Origin: Burkholderiales bacterium
Lineage (GTDB): Bacteria > Pseudomonadota > Gammaproteobacteria > Burkholderiales > SG8-39
DNA length: 58,165 nt
Assembly: GCA_036274335.1 (NCBI GenBank)
Contig: DASUFW010000185.1
Span: 1-58,165 of the forward strand
Direction of reading: 5' to 3'
The notes beneath the pieces are model-generated. The model saw only the letters and a program-made list of their open reading frames with translations. It had not been told where the DNA came from and searched no databases. Position 1 is the first letter of the stretch. The number at the start of each line of letters is the position of its first letter. Shown piece after piece: positions 35,421 through 46,935 of this stretch. Both the position numbers and the translations under genes were made by a program.

Positions 35421-36839
35421 ATGCCATTGATCAGAGCCGCCGCGGCGCTCGTGCTCGCCGCGGCTGCCGCATCCGCCCTAGCGCAGGCGCGCGACCTGCC
35501 CGACTTCACGCGACTGGTCGAGGAGCAGGGGGCCGCCGTCGTCAACGTGAGTACCACGCAGTCCCCGCGACGCGCGGGCACGCCGCAGGTTCCCAATGCC
35601 GAGGACGACGAAATGCTGGAGTTCTTCCGGCGCTTCGTCCCCCGGCCCCCCAGCCCCGGCCCGCGGCCGGAGGCCCGCTCGCTGGGCTCGGGGTTCATCA
35701 TCAGCGCGGACGGCTACATCCTCACCAACGCGCACGTGATCGACGCCGCCGACGAGATCGACGTGCGGCTCACCGACAAGCGCGAATTCAAGGCGCGCGT
35801 GATCGGCGCGGACAAGCGCTCCGACGTGGCCCTGATCAAGATCGAGGCGGCGGGCCTGCCCGCCGTCCGGGTCGGCGATCCCGGGCGCCTCAAGGTCGGC
35901 GAATGGGTGGTCGCCATCGGCTCGCCCTTCGGCTTCGAGAATACCGTCACCGCCGGCATCGTCAGTGCCAAGGGCCGCTCCCTGCCGCAGGAGAATTTCG
36001 TTCCCTTCATCCAGACTGACGTCGCCATCAACCCCGGCAACTCGGGCGGGCCGCTGTTCAATATGAGAGGCGAGGTGGTCGGCGTCAATTCCCAGATCTA
36101 CAGCCGTACCGGCGGATTCATGGGTCTTTCGTTTGCGATCCCGATCGACGTGGCGCTCGACGTGCAGCAACAACTGCGCGAGAAAGGCCGCGTCTCGCGG
36201 GGCCGCATCGGCGTGGTGATCCAGGAAGTGACGCGTGACCTGGCCCAGTCCTTCGGCCTGGACCGGCCGCGTGGCGCGCTCGTCAATTCGGTGGAGAAGG
36301 GCAGCCCCGCCGACAAGGGCGGCGTCGAGGCCACCGACATCATCACGAAGTTCGACGGCAAGGAGGTGGAATCCTCGGCCGATCTCCCGCGGATCGTGGG
36401 CGGGACGCGCCCCGGATCGCGGGTGACCTTGGAGGTCTGGCGACGGGGCGCCAATCGCGCGCTGACGTTGACGGTGGGGGAACTCCTCGAGGACCGCGTC
36501 GCGACGCGCGAGCCCGCCCGGGAGCGCAAGCCCGGTGCGTCCGTGGCCAACCGCCTCGGCATCGTGGTGAGCGAGCTGAGCGCCGACCAGAAGCGCGAGC
36601 TGGGCGTCGAGAGCGGGCTGCTGGTGACCGAGGTCAAGCCGGACGCGCGCGCGGAACTGCGCCGCGGCGACGTGCTGCTCAAGCTCGTCCATAGCGGCAA
36701 GCACACGGAACTGAAGAGCGCCGACCAGCTCAACAAGCTGCTCGCGGGCCTGGACAGGAATGCCGTCATCACCCTGCAGGTGCGTCGGGGCGAGAGCACG
36801 GCATTCGTGACGGTGACCGGCCTTGCCGACAAGGGCTAG
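35421..36839 (+). CDS. degP: Periplasmic serine endoprotease DegP/MucD (trypsin domain + 2 PDZ)
   Basis: ATG with AAGGA SD, giving signal peptide MPLIRAAAALVLAAAAASALA. Catalytic triad H (TNAHV), D (DVALIK) and S (GNSGGPL). The ORF track opens at GTG 35394. Confidence 0.9.
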   Translation: MPLIRAAAALVLAAAAASALAQARDLPDFTRLVEEQGAAVVNVSTTQSPRRAGTPQVPNAEDDEMLEFFRRFVPRPPSPGPRPEARSLGSGFIISADGYILTNAHVIDAADEIDVRLTDKREFKARVIGADKRSDVALIKIEAAGLPAVRVGDPGRLKVGEWVVAIGSPFGFENTVTAGIVSAKGRSLPQENFVPFIQTDVAINPGNSGGPLFNMRGEVVGVNSQIYSRTGGFMGLSFAIPIDVALDVQQQLREKGRVSRGRIGVVIQEVTRDLAQSFGLDRPRGALVNSVEKGSPADKGGVEATDIITKFDGKEVESSADLPRIVGGTRPGSRVTLEVWRRGANRALTLTVGELLEDRVATREPARERKPGASVANRLGIVVSELSADQKRELGVESGLLVTEVKPDARAELRRGDVLLKLVHSGKHTELKSADQLNKLLAGLDRNAVITLQVRRGESTAFVTVTGLADKG

Positions 36840-37068
36840 CGCGCCCATCGTGCTGTACGGCCGCTCCGGCTGCCACCTGTGCGAGGTGCTGGCGGACGAG
36901 CTCGCTCGCCTGGGCGTGCCCTTCGTGGACGTGGACGTAGACAGCGACGCGGCGCTGCGTGCGCGCTACGGCGCGCGAGTGCCGGTGCTGGCGGCGGCGG
37001 ACGGCCGGGAACTCGCGGCGGGACGCATCGAGCCGGCGGGCCTGCGCGCACGCCTTGGGCTAGAATAG
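36823..37068 (+). CDS. Glutaredoxin-like protein (DUF836 type)
   Basis: 81 aa. LYGRSGCHLCE (CxxC), then VPVL. The start could instead be the GTG at 36850. Confidence 0.7.
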   Translation: MPTRASAPIVLYGRSGCHLCEVLADELARLGVPFVDVDVDSDAALRARYGARVPVLAAADGRELAAGRIEPAGLRARLGLE

Positions 37069-37088
37069 CGGCCGCTGCTGAATGGGAA

Positions 37089-37112
37089 GGGTGCCGCTGG
37101 CACCCTTTTTTT
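37089..37112 (+). terminator. Canonical intrinsic-terminator-like hairpin with T7 tract abutting the lepA start codon
   Basis: GGGTGCC-gct-GGCACCC (7-bp perfect stem, 3-nt loop) followed by TTTTTTT. The lepA ATG begins 2 nt later. Confidence 0.65.
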
Positions 37113-37113
37113 C

Positions 37114-38916
<1,803 letters not shown>

Positions 38917-38919
38917 GCC

Positions 38920-39708
38920 GTGAGCTTCGCGCTGTTCCTGCTCCTCCTGCTCGTGGTGACCGGCGCGGTCTGGGCGCTGGAGGCGGCATGGCTGCGCCGG
39001 CGCCGACCGGACGGGCGCAAGCAGCCGTGGTGGGTCGAGTACTCGGTGAGCTTCTTCCCCGTCATCCTGATCGTGTTCCTGCTGCGCTCCTTTCTCGTGG
39101 AGCCCTTCAAGATCCCTTCGGGCTCCATGGTGCCAACCCTGCTGGTCGGCGACTTCATCCTGGTCAACAAGTTCGCCTACGGAATCCGGCTGCCGGTGGC
39201 CAATGTCAAGGTGCTCGAGGTAGGCAGCCCACAGCGCGGCGACGTGATGGTGTTCCGGTTTCCCGAGGATCCTTCGCTCGACTACATCAAGCGCGTCGTG
39301 GGACTCCCCGGCGACCGGATCGTCTATCGCGACAAGCGGCTGACCATCAACGGGCAACCGGTGCCGCAGCGCCAGATCGACGACTATCTGGCACGCGAGC
39401 GCGTGCAGATGTACCGTCGGTACGTCGAGACGCTGGGCAAGGTCGAGCACCAGATCCTCGTCGACCCCGATGCCCCCCCGTACGTGCCCCAGGTCCACGC
39501 TTTTCCGCATGTGGGAAATTGCAACTACAATAAGAGCGGGCTGGAATGCACGGTCCCGGCGGGGCACTATTTCATGATGGGCGACAATCGCGACAATTCG
39601 AGCGACAGCCGGGTGTGGGGCTTCGTGCCGGACGAGAACATCGTCGGCAAGGCGTTCTTCGTCTGGCTCAATATCGGCGAGCTGAGCCGATTCGGGCCGT
39701 TTCACTGA
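38920..39708 (+). CDS. lepB: Signal peptidase I
   Basis: 262 aa. IPSGSMVPTL (catalytic Ser), YIKRVVGLPGD (Lys), GDNRDNSSDSR. Confidence 0.93.
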   Translation: MSFALFLLLLLVVTGAVWALEAAWLRRRRPDGRKQPWWVEYSVSFFPVILIVFLLRSFLVEPFKIPSGSMVPTLLVGDFILVNKFAYGIRLPVANVKVLEVGSPQRGDVMVFRFPEDPSLDYIKRVVGLPGDRIVYRDKRLTINGQPVPQRQIDDYLARERVQMYRRYVETLGKVEHQILVDPDAPPYVPQVHAFPHVGNCNYNKSGLECTVPAGHYFMMGDNRDNSSDSRVWGFVPDENIVGKAFFVWLNIGELSRFGPFH

Positions 39709-39734
39709 ACCGGCTTCCTCAGAGGAGATCGACC

Positions 39735-40082
39735 ATGCGCGCGCGGCAAACAGGCGTCACGCTGTTGGGCTTGATCATAGGTTCGTTCGTGCTCGTGCTG
39801 GTGGCACTGCTCGCGATGCGGCTGCTGCCTTCGTACATCGAGTACTTCTCGATCAAGAAGGCCGTGGTGAGCATCTCCAAGGAACGCGAGGCCACGCCCA
39901 GCGATCTGCGCCGGGCCTTCGAGAACCGCTCGGCGATCGACGATTTCCAGTCGGTCAAAGCGAAGGACCTCGAGATCAGCAAGCAGGGCAACGGGTATCT
40001 GATCACGGCGCAGTACCGCAGGGAGGTCCCGTTGTTCGCGAACATCGGCGTCTACATCGACTTCGACGTGTCGTCGCAGTAG
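39735..40082 (+). CDS. DUF4845-like small membrane-anchored protein
   Basis: 115 aa from MRARQTGVTLLGLIIGSFVLVLVALLAM (prepilin-like N-terminal helix). Conserved position between lepB and rnc in betaproteobacteria, as far as I recall. Confidence 0.55.
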   Translation: MRARQTGVTLLGLIIGSFVLVLVALLAMRLLPSYIEYFSIKKAVVSISKEREATPSDLRRAFENRSAIDDFQSVKAKDLEISKQGNGYLITAQYRREVPLFANIGVYIDFDVSSQ

Positions 40083-40100
40083 GTCGGGGGTCCCGGCGGC

Positions 40101-40772
40101 TTGCCCCGCATCGACGCCCTGGAGCTGCGGCTCGGGTACGCCTTTCGAAGCAAGGCGCTGCTCGAGCAGGCGCTCACGCACCGCAGTTTCGGCGCGCCCC
40201 ACAACGAACGGCTGGAGTTCCTGGGCGATGGCGTGCTCGGCTGCGTGGTCGCGCAGGCCCTGGTCGAGAAGTTCCCGGAGGCGAGCGAGGGCGAGCTGTC
40301 GCGATTGCGCGCCAGCCTGGTCCGGCGCGAGTCGCTCGCGGCGGTGGCCCGGGAAATCGGCTTGCCCGCGCATGTGCGCCTGGGCCGGGGAGAAGGCGCG
40401 AGCGGCGGAACCGGACGTCCATCGATTCTCGCCGACGCCCTGGAGGCCCTGTACGGCGCCGTGCTGCTCGACGGCGGCTACGAGGCGGCGCGGGGAGCGG
40501 TGCTGGCGACGCTCTCGGCTTCTCTCGCGACGGCGGATGAGCGGGCCACGGCGAAGGACGCCAAGACGCGGCTGCAGGAGGCCTTGCAGGCACGCCGCCA
40601 CGGTCTGCCGCGCTACGAGGTCGTCGCCACCCACGGCGCGGCGCACGCCCAGCGGTTCGATGTCGAGTGTACGGTGGCGGGCCTGGACCTCCGGGCGCGC
40701 GGCAGCGGCAGTTCGCGGCGGTCCGCTGAGCAGCAGGCGGCCGAGGCGCTGCTAAGACGGCTGGGGCCGTGA
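40101..40772 (+). CDS. rnc: Ribonuclease III
   Basis: TTG start. ALTHRSF...NERLEFLGD signature and C-terminal dsRBD. Confidence 0.95.
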   Translation: MPRIDALELRLGYAFRSKALLEQALTHRSFGAPHNERLEFLGDGVLGCVVAQALVEKFPEASEGELSRLRASLVRRESLAAVAREIGLPAHVRLGRGEGASGGTGRPSILADALEALYGAVLLDGGYEAARGAVLATLSASLATADERATAKDAKTRLQEALQARRHGLPRYEVVATHGAAHAQRFDVECTVAGLDLRARGSGSSRRSAEQQAAEALLRRLGP

Positions 40773-41653
40773 GCGCCTTTCGCAGTGGCAGCGTCGGTTT
40801 GATCGGCCGGCCGAACACCGGCAAGTCGAGCCTGCTCAACCGCCTGCTCGGGCAGAAGCTGGCGATCGTTTCGCCCCGCGCCCAGACGACTCGCCACCTG
40901 CTGACCGGGGTACTGAACCTGCCGGACGGCCAGATCGCCTTCGTCGATGCGCCCGGATTCCAGACGCGGCATCGCAGCCTGCTCAACCGCTCGCTCAACC
41001 GGCGCGCGGGCGAGGCCGCGCGGGATGCCGACGTCGCGGCCTTCGTGGTCGAGGCGCTGCGCTTCGGCGTCGACGATCGCTCCGCGCTGGCGCGGATTTC
41101 GGCCGACCAGCGGGTCGTGGCCGTCGTCAACATGGTGGACAAGGTGCGGCCTGTGAGCCGGCTGCTGCCGTACCTCGAGCGACTGGCCGCGGAGCGGCCC
41201 TTTGCGGCGGTGGTGCCGGTGTCGGCCGCGACCGGCCGGAACCTGCCGGAGCTGCTCCGCGTGCTCCTCGCGCTGCTCCCCGAAGGCCCGCCGATGTATC
41301 CGGAGGATCAGCTGACCGACCGGGATGAGCGCTTCTTCGCCGCGGAGCTGCTGCGCGAGAAGATCTTCCGCGAGCTCGGCGAGGAGCTTCCGTATCACTG
41401 CGAGGTGATCGTCGAGCGCTTCCGGGAAGAGGGCCGGCTGCGGCGCATCGAGGCGACGCTGTGGGTGGAGCGCGAGGCTCACCGCCCGATCGTGCTGGGT
41501 GCGGGCGGCGCGCGCCTCAAGCGCATCGCGTCGTCCGCGCGGCGCGACATGGAGCGGATGTTCGGCGGAAAAGTGTTTCTGCAGACCTGGATCAAGGTGA
41601 AGTCGCGCTGGTCGGAGGACGAGCGCCTGCTGCGCGAGCTCGGTTACGCGTGA
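40769..41653 (+). CDS. era: GTPase Era
   Basis: GSVGLIGRPNTGKSSLLN, DAPG, C-terminal KH domain. Overlaps the rnc stop. Confidence 0.95.
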   Translation: MSAFRSGSVGLIGRPNTGKSSLLNRLLGQKLAIVSPRAQTTRHLLTGVLNLPDGQIAFVDAPGFQTRHRSLLNRSLNRRAGEAARDADVAAFVVEALRFGVDDRSALARISADQRVVAVVNMVDKVRPVSRLLPYLERLAAERPFAAVVPVSAATGRNLPELLRVLLALLPEGPPMYPEDQLTDRDERFFAAELLREKIFRELGEELPYHCEVIVERFREEGRLRRIEATLWVEREAHRPIVLGAGGARLKRIASSARRDMERMFGGKVFLQTWIKVKSRWSEDERLLRELGYA

Positions 41654-42381
41654 CGCGCCGCAAGACCGAGCAGGAGCCGGCCTTCGTCCTGCATACGTAT
41701 CCCTACAAGGAGTCGAGCCTCATCGTCGAGGTCTTTTCGCGGCACGCCGGTCGCATCGCGCTGCTCGCGCGCGGCGCGCGCCGTGCGCGCTCGGCGATCC
41801 GGGGGACCCTGCTGTCGTTCCATCCGCTGCGGCTGGGCTGGACGGGCGTCGCCGAGCTTCCGACCCTGACGGCGGCCGAGTGGTCGGGAGGCTATCGCGC
41901 GCTCGCCGGGATCGGCCTGATGTGCGGCTTCTATCTGAACGAGTTGCTGCTGCGCCTGCTGCCCCGCGAAGATCCCCACGAGGCGTTGTTCGACGCCTAT
42001 GGGGAGACCCTGGCCTTGCTGGGGGGCGCCGGGGAGCAGGCGCCGCTCCTGAGGCGCTTCGAGCTCAGTCTGCTGCGGGAACTCGGGTATGCTCCGCCGC
42101 TCGACCGCGAGGCGGGCAGCGACGCGCCCGTGACGGCAGCCCGGCACTATGCCTATGCGTCTGAGACGGGCCCGCGAATGATCGAGGCCGAGGCGGGGGC
42201 TGCCGCTGGGGAGGAGGTGGTGGTCTCCGGCCAGACGCTGCTCGACATGGCGCAGGGCGATTTTTCGCGCCCGCAGACGCGCGAAGAGTCGCGCCGCCTC
42301 ATGCGGCGCCTGATCGCCGAGCGGCTCGCGGGCAAGGACCTGTACACACGCGACGTGCTGAGGGAGCTGCAGGACCTATGA
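41650..42381 (+). CDS. recO: DNA repair protein RecO
   Basis: GTGA overlap with the era stop. AFVLHTYPYKESSLIVEVFSR N-terminal OB fold. Confidence 0.9.
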   Translation: MTRRKTEQEPAFVLHTYPYKESSLIVEVFSRHAGRIALLARGARRARSAIRGTLLSFHPLRLGWTGVAELPTLTAAEWSGGYRALAGIGLMCGFYLNELLLRLLPREDPHEALFDAYGETLALLGGAGEQAPLLRRFELSLLRELGYAPPLDREAGSDAPVTAARHYAYASETGPRMIEAEAGAAAGEEVVVSGQTLLDMAQGDFSRPQTREESRRLMRRLIAERLAGKDLYTRDVLRELQDL

Positions 42382-43124
42382 TCGAGCTGGGCGTCAACGT
42401 CGACCACGTGGCAACCGTGCGCCAGGCGCGCCGGACCTACGAGCCCGACCCCGTGTGGGCCGCGGTCGAGGCGCACCTGGGCGGCGCGGACGGCATCACC
42501 GTGCATCTGCGCGAGGACCGCCGCCACATCCAGGACGAGGACGTACGGCGGCTGCGCGAGCTGACGCACATCAAGCTGAACCTGGAGATGGCGGCCACCG
42601 CCGAGATGGTGGCCATCGCCGCGCGCATCCGGCCGGAAATGGCCATGCTGGTCCCCGAGGGGCGCCACGAAATCACCACGGAAGGCGGGCTGGACGTCGT
42701 CGCTCACGAGGCGACGCTGCGCGACGCCGTCGCGCGCCTGGCCGAGGCGGGCATCGTCGTTTCCGTATTCATCGACGCGGACCCGCGGCAGGTGGAGGCA
42801 TCGCGGCGCATCGGCGCTTCGGTCTGTGAAGTGCACACGGGTCCCTACGCGCACGCATTCCACGCCAAGGGCCGAGACGCGGAATCGCCCGCCGTGGTCG
42901 CGGAGCTGGACAAGATCCGAACCGCCGGCGAGAGCATCCGCGCGCTGGGAATGCGCTTCAATGCGGGGCACGCGCTCAACTATTTCAATGTGCAGCCGGT
43001 CGCGAGTCTGCGCGGCCTGCGCGAGCTGCACATCGGTCACGCCATCGTCAGCCGGGCGGTCTTCGTCGGCATGCGCGAGGCCGTGCGCGAAATGAAGCAG
43101 CTGATGCGGCAGGCCGCCGCTTGA
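42378..43124 (+). CDS. pdxJ: Pyridoxine 5'-phosphate synthase
   Basis: LGVNVDHVATVRQAR, HLREDRRHI, NLEMA. Confidence 0.95.
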   Translation: MIELGVNVDHVATVRQARRTYEPDPVWAAVEAHLGGADGITVHLREDRRHIQDEDVRRLRELTHIKLNLEMAATAEMVAIAARIRPEMAMLVPEGRHEITTEGGLDVVAHEATLRDAVARLAEAGIVVSVFIDADPRQVEASRRIGASVCEVHTGPYAHAFHAKGRDAESPAVVAELDKIRTAGESIRALGMRFNAGHALNYFNVQPVASLRGLRELHIGHAIVSRAVFVGMREAVREMKQLMRQAAA

Positions 43125-43504
43125 TCTACGGCGTCGGGACCGACCTGATCGAGATCCCGCGCATCGAGCGTGCGCTGGGCCGGTTCGGCGAGCGCTTCGC
43201 CGAACGCATCCTGTGCGAGCCGGAGCTGCGCCGTTTTCGCGCGCACGCGCGCCCCGCGTCCTACCTTGCCAAGCGGTTCGCGGCCAAGGAGGCGTTTACC
43301 AAGGCGCTCGGCACGGGCATCCACGCGCCCGCCAACTGGCACGGCGTGTGGGTCGTGAATCTGCGCTCCGGCAAGCCGGAGCTCCAGTATTCCGAGGCGC
43401 TGGCGGCGCTGCTGCAAACCCGGGGCATTCGCCGCGCGCATCTCACGCTCACCGACGAGCGCGGCATGGCCGCCGCGACCGTGATCCTCGAATGCGACGC
43501 GTAA
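43121..43504 (+). CDS. acpS: Holo-ACP synthase
   Basis: TTG start. MIYGVGTDLIEIPRI, AAKEAFTKALG. Confidence 0.92.
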   Translation: MIYGVGTDLIEIPRIERALGRFGERFAERILCEPELRRFRAHARPASYLAKRFAAKEAFTKALGTGIHAPANWHGVWVVNLRSGKPELQYSEALAALLQTRGIRRAHLTLTDERGMAAATVILECDA

Positions 43505-44532
43505 GGTCGCGACTGCCCCTCGGCCCGGTGATGCTCGACCCGATCGGCACCGCGCTCACCGAGGACGACGTGCGGCGCCTGCGTCACCCGGCCGTGGGCG
43601 GCGCAATCCTCTTCGCCCGCAACTTCGAGAGCCCGGCGCAGCTCACGGCCCTGACCGAGGACATCCATGCGTTGCGCGAACCGGCGCTGCTGATCGGCGT
43701 CGACCACGAGGGGGGGCGGGTGCAGCGCTTCCAGGCAGGCTTCACGCGCCTGCCGCCGATGCGACTGCTGGGTGAAGCGTGGGATCGGGACCGCGAGACC
43801 GCGAGCAAGGCGGCGCACGGCGCAGGCTACGTGATGGGCGCGGAGCTCTCGGTGCATGGCCTGGACTTCAGCTTCGCGCCGGTGCTCGACCTCGACTACG
43901 GATCGAGCTCGGTGATCGGCGACCGCGCGCTGCACTACGATCCGCTGGCCGTCGGCGCGCTCGCGGCCGAGCTGATCCGTGGCATGGGGGAGGGCGGCAT
44001 GGCCGCGGTCGGCAAGCATTTCCCGGGACACGGCTTTGCGGCCGCCGACTCGCACGTGGCCCTGCCTCGCGACGAGCGGCCGCTGGCGGAGCTCATGCGC
44101 AAGGATCTCGCGCCCTACCGGCGCGCGATCGCAGCGGGCCTGTCGGGCATCATGCCGGCGCATGTGGTCTATCCGCGAGTTGACGATACTCCGGCGGGCT
44201 ACTCGCCGGTCTGGCTGCGGGACGTGCTAAGGGCCCAGCTCGGGTTCGACGGCCTGATCTTCAGCGACGACCTCTCGATGGAGGGTGCCCGCACCGCCGG
44301 TGGCGTGGTCGAGCGGGCCCAGGCGGCGCTTCGCGCCGGTTGCGACATGGTGCTCCTGTGCAACGACCCCGACGGCCAGGAGCGGCTGCTCGGCGGCCTC
44401 GGCGCGATGCCGCTGGAAGACGCGACTCGCGCCGAGCGGATGCGTCACCGCGGCGGCGCCGACTTGCGACGGCGCGTCGCCTACCGGGAAGCGCTCGCCG
44501 CCTTGGCGCAGGCGGCGCGGCCGACGGCCTAG
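43492..44532 (+). CDS. nagZ: Beta-N-acetylhexosaminidase NagZ
   Basis: GPVMLD...GGAILFARNF...IGVDHEGGRVQRF, KHFPGHG. Start at MRRVRSRLPLGPVMLD; the alternative is 43531. Confidence 0.9.
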   Translation: MRRVRSRLPLGPVMLDPIGTALTEDDVRRLRHPAVGGAILFARNFESPAQLTALTEDIHALREPALLIGVDHEGGRVQRFQAGFTRLPPMRLLGEAWDRDRETASKAAHGAGYVMGAELSVHGLDFSFAPVLDLDYGSSSVIGDRALHYDPLAVGALAAELIRGMGEGGMAAVGKHFPGHGFAAADSHVALPRDERPLAELMRKDLAPYRRAIAAGLSGIMPAHVVYPRVDDTPAGYSPVWLRDVLRAQLGFDGLIFSDDLSMEGARTAGGVVERAQAALRAGCDMVLLCNDPDGQERLLGGLGAMPLEDATRAERMRHRGGADLRRRVAYREALAALAQAARPTA

Positions 44533-45095
44533 GCGCGCTCCATGTAGGTCCCTTCGTTGGTGTCGATCTTGATCTTCTCGCCCTTGCTGATGAAGGGCGG
44601 CACCTGGACCGTGATGCCGGTCTCCATGGTGGCGGGCTTGAAGGTGTTCGTCGCCGTCGCGTTCCGGATGCCCGGCTCGGTATCCACCACCGTCAGCACC
44701 ACCGTGGGCGGGATCTCGATGCCGATGGCCCGGCCGTTGTAGAAGTTGATCTGCACGTCCGCGTTGGGCAGCAGGTAGCCGGCCTGCCCCTCCAGGAAGT
44801 CGGCCGGCAGCGTCAGCTGCTCGTAGTTCTCCTGGTCCATGAAGACGTAGCCGGCGCCGTCCTGGTACAGGTACTGCATCGCGCGCGCGTCCACGTAGGC
44901 GCGTTCGACCTTGTCTTCCGTGCGAAAGCGCTGGTTGGTCTTGGTGCCCGATTCGATATCCTTCATTTCGACCTGCATGAAGGCGCCGCCGCGGCCGCCC
45001 ACGTGCACGTGATAGCACTTGAGCACGCGCCAGACGCGCTTGTCCCATTCGATGAGGTTGCCTACGCGGATTTCGACGGCAGAGACCTTGGCCAT
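44529..45095 (-). CDS. efp: Elongation factor P
   Basis: 188 aa. The loop HVGGRGGAFMQVEMKD has Arg at the modified-residue position, as in rhamnosylated-type EF-P (inference). Confidence 0.97.
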   Translation of the reverse strand: MAKVSAVEIRVGNLIEWDKRVWRVLKCYHVHVGGRGGAFMQVEMKDIESGTKTNQRFRTEDKVERAYVDARAMQYLYQDGAGYVFMDQENYEQLTLPADFLEGQAGYLLPNADVQINFYNGRAIGIEIPPTVVLTVVDTEPGIRNATATNTFKPATMETGITVQVPPFISKGEKIKIDTNEGTYMERA

Positions 45096-45156
45096 GGCGA
45101 TTCACAGTGCGGAAAAAGGCGCGAATTCTACACTGATTGCACAGCCCGGCGCTAGA

Positions 45157-46935
45157 ATGACCGCTCGCATGGAAACCGCGCAATTCGACGCCAAGCGCTT
45201 CGTGGCCGGGTTGCCGAACCTGCCGGGGGTGTACCGCATGCTGGGCGCGGCCGGCGAGGCGCTGTACGTCGGCAAGGCGCGGGATCTGCGCAAGCGCGTG
45301 TCGAGCTACTTCCAGAAAACCGTGGAGAGTCCGAGGATCCGCCGCATGCTCGGGCAGGTCGCACGCATCGAGGTCACCGCCACGCGCTCCGAAGACGAGG
45401 CGCTGCTGCTCGAGAACAATCTCATCAAGAGCCTGGCGCCCCGGTACAACATCGTCTTCCGCGACGACAAGTCGTACCCGTACCTGATGATCAGCGGCCA
45501 CCGGTATCCGCGGCTGGGGTTCCACCGGGGCGCGCGCGACTCCCGCCATCGCTTCTTCGGACCGTTTCCGCATGCGCATGCCGTGCGGGAGAGCATCCAG
45601 CTGCTGCAGCGGGTGTTCCGGCTGCGAACCTGCGAGGACACCGTATTCGAGAATCGCTCGCGACCCTGCCTCCTGCACCAGATCCGGCGATGCACCGCAC
45701 CCTGCACCGGGCTGATCGGGGAGCCCGAGTACGCGGAGAGCGTCGAGCATGCGGCGTTGTTCCTGCGCGGCCGTGAGGACGACGTGGTGCGGCGCCTGAC
45801 CGAGCGGATGCAGACGGCCTCCGACGAGCAGCAGTACGAGGTGGCGGCCATGCTTCGCGACCAGGTGCGGGCGCTCGCCCGCGTGCAGGCCCGGCAGTAC
45901 GTCGAATCCGAGCAGGGGGTCGAGGCCGACGTGGTGGCCTGCGTCGCGCAGGCGGGCGCGGTGTGCGTGAACCTCGTGATGATCCGCGCGGGCCGGCACG
46001 TGGGCGACCGGAGCTTCTTTCCCGCCAATGCCGATGCCGCGGATGCCGCCGAGGTTCTGCTGGCCTTTCTCGAGCAGCACTACCTGGAACATCCGCGACC
46101 GCCGCTGGTGCTCGTGGACCAGGCCGTCGAATACGACGCGGTGATCCCGCAGCAGGGGGAACGCCGGGTCTGGGTCCTGATGGCGCAGAAGAACGCGCAG
46201 CTGGCACTCGAGCAGCGGGCGCGAGAGCGGGGCGCCCAGGAGCTCCGGCTCGGCGCGCTGCGGCAGGCCCTCGGCCTGCCGGATACGGCCGAGCGCGTCG
46301 AATGCTTCGACATCAGCCACACGATGGGCGAGGCGACCGTGGCCTCCTGCGTCGTGTACGACCGGCACGCCATGCAGAAAGGCGAATACCGGCGCTTCAA
46401 CATCCGGGACGTGACACCGGGCGACGACTATGCCGCGATGCGCCAGGCGCTGGCGCGCCGCTACGAGCGCGTCAGCGTGGAAGGTGGAAAGGTCCCCGAC
46501 CTCATCCTGGTGGACGGCGGCCAGGGACAGGCGAGCGCGGCCCGGGCGGCACTCGCCGAAATCGGCATGAACGATGTCAGCGTGGTCGGCGTGGCGAAGG
46601 GCCCTGAACGCAAGCCGGGGCTGGAGGCGCTGGTGCTGGAAGGCGAGGGGCTCGTCGTGCGCCTTGCGGCGAACGACCCGGGATTGCACCTGATCCAGCA
46701 GATCCGCGACGAGGCGCACCGCTTCGCGCTGGTCGGACACCGGGCGCGCCGCGCCAAGTCGCGCACCTCATCGGCGCTCACGCAGATTCCCGGCATCGGT
46801 GCGCAGCGCCGGCAGCGCATCCTGGCGCATTTCGGCGGACTGCGGGAAGTGCAGGCGGCGGCGGTGGACGAGCTCGCGCAGGTGGAAGGCATCAGCCGGC
46901 CGCTGGCCGAGCGCATCTACAAGGCCCTGCACTGA
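45157..46935 (+). CDS. uvrC: Excinuclease ABC subunit C
   Basis: FDAKRFVAGLPNLPGVYRM...LYVGKARDLRKRVSSYF (GIY-YIG), UVR domain, C-terminal HhH. The second ATG at 45169 aligns better with the E. coli N-terminus. Confidence 0.92.
   Translation: MTARMETAQFDAKRFVAGLPNLPGVYRMLGAAGEALYVGKARDLRKRVSSYFQKTVESPRIRRMLGQVARIEVTATRSEDEALLLENNLIKSLAPRYNIVFRDDKSYPYLMISGHRYPRLGFHRGARDSRHRFFGPFPHAHAVRESIQLLQRVFRLRTCEDTVFENRSRPCLLHQIRRCTAPCTGLIGEPEYAESVEHAALFLRGREDDVVRRLTERMQTASDEQQYEVAAMLRDQVRALARVQARQYVESEQGVEADVVACVAQAGAVCVNLVMIRAGRHVGDRSFFPANADAADAAEVLLAFLEQHYLEHPRPPLVLVDQAVEYDAVIPQQGERRVWVLMAQKNAQLALEQRARERGAQELRLGALRQALGLPDTAERVECFDISHTMGEATVASCVVYDRHAMQKGEYRRFNIRDVTPGDDYAAMRQALARRYERVSVEGGKVPDLILVDGGQGQASAARAALAEIGMNDVSVVGVAKGPERKPGLEALVLEGEGLVVRLAANDPGLHLIQQIRDEAHRFALVGHRARRAKSRTSSALTQIPGIGAQRRQRILAHFGGLREVQAAAVDELAQVEGISRPLAERIYKALH

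Noticed and set aside
35385-35425. GAACTC-N16-TCCAT resembling a sigma-E promoter in front of degP
   Set aside because: The would-be -10 overlaps the preferred degP start codon (ATG 35421, with AAGGA SD), so it cannot function as this gene's promoter. It is probably a chance match inside the leader.
45153-45171. TAGAAT -10-like hexamer 10 nt upstream of the second uvrC ATG, which might indicate another leaderless start
   Set aside because: There is no convincing -35, and the first ATG overlaps the hexamer. With two equally plausible starts the inference is too weak to report as a finding.
44227-46740. 837-aa minus-strand ORF opposite nagZ / uvrC
   Set aside because: It is antisense to uvrC and also runs through efp in a different frame. 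Its composition is typical of non-coding mirror frames.
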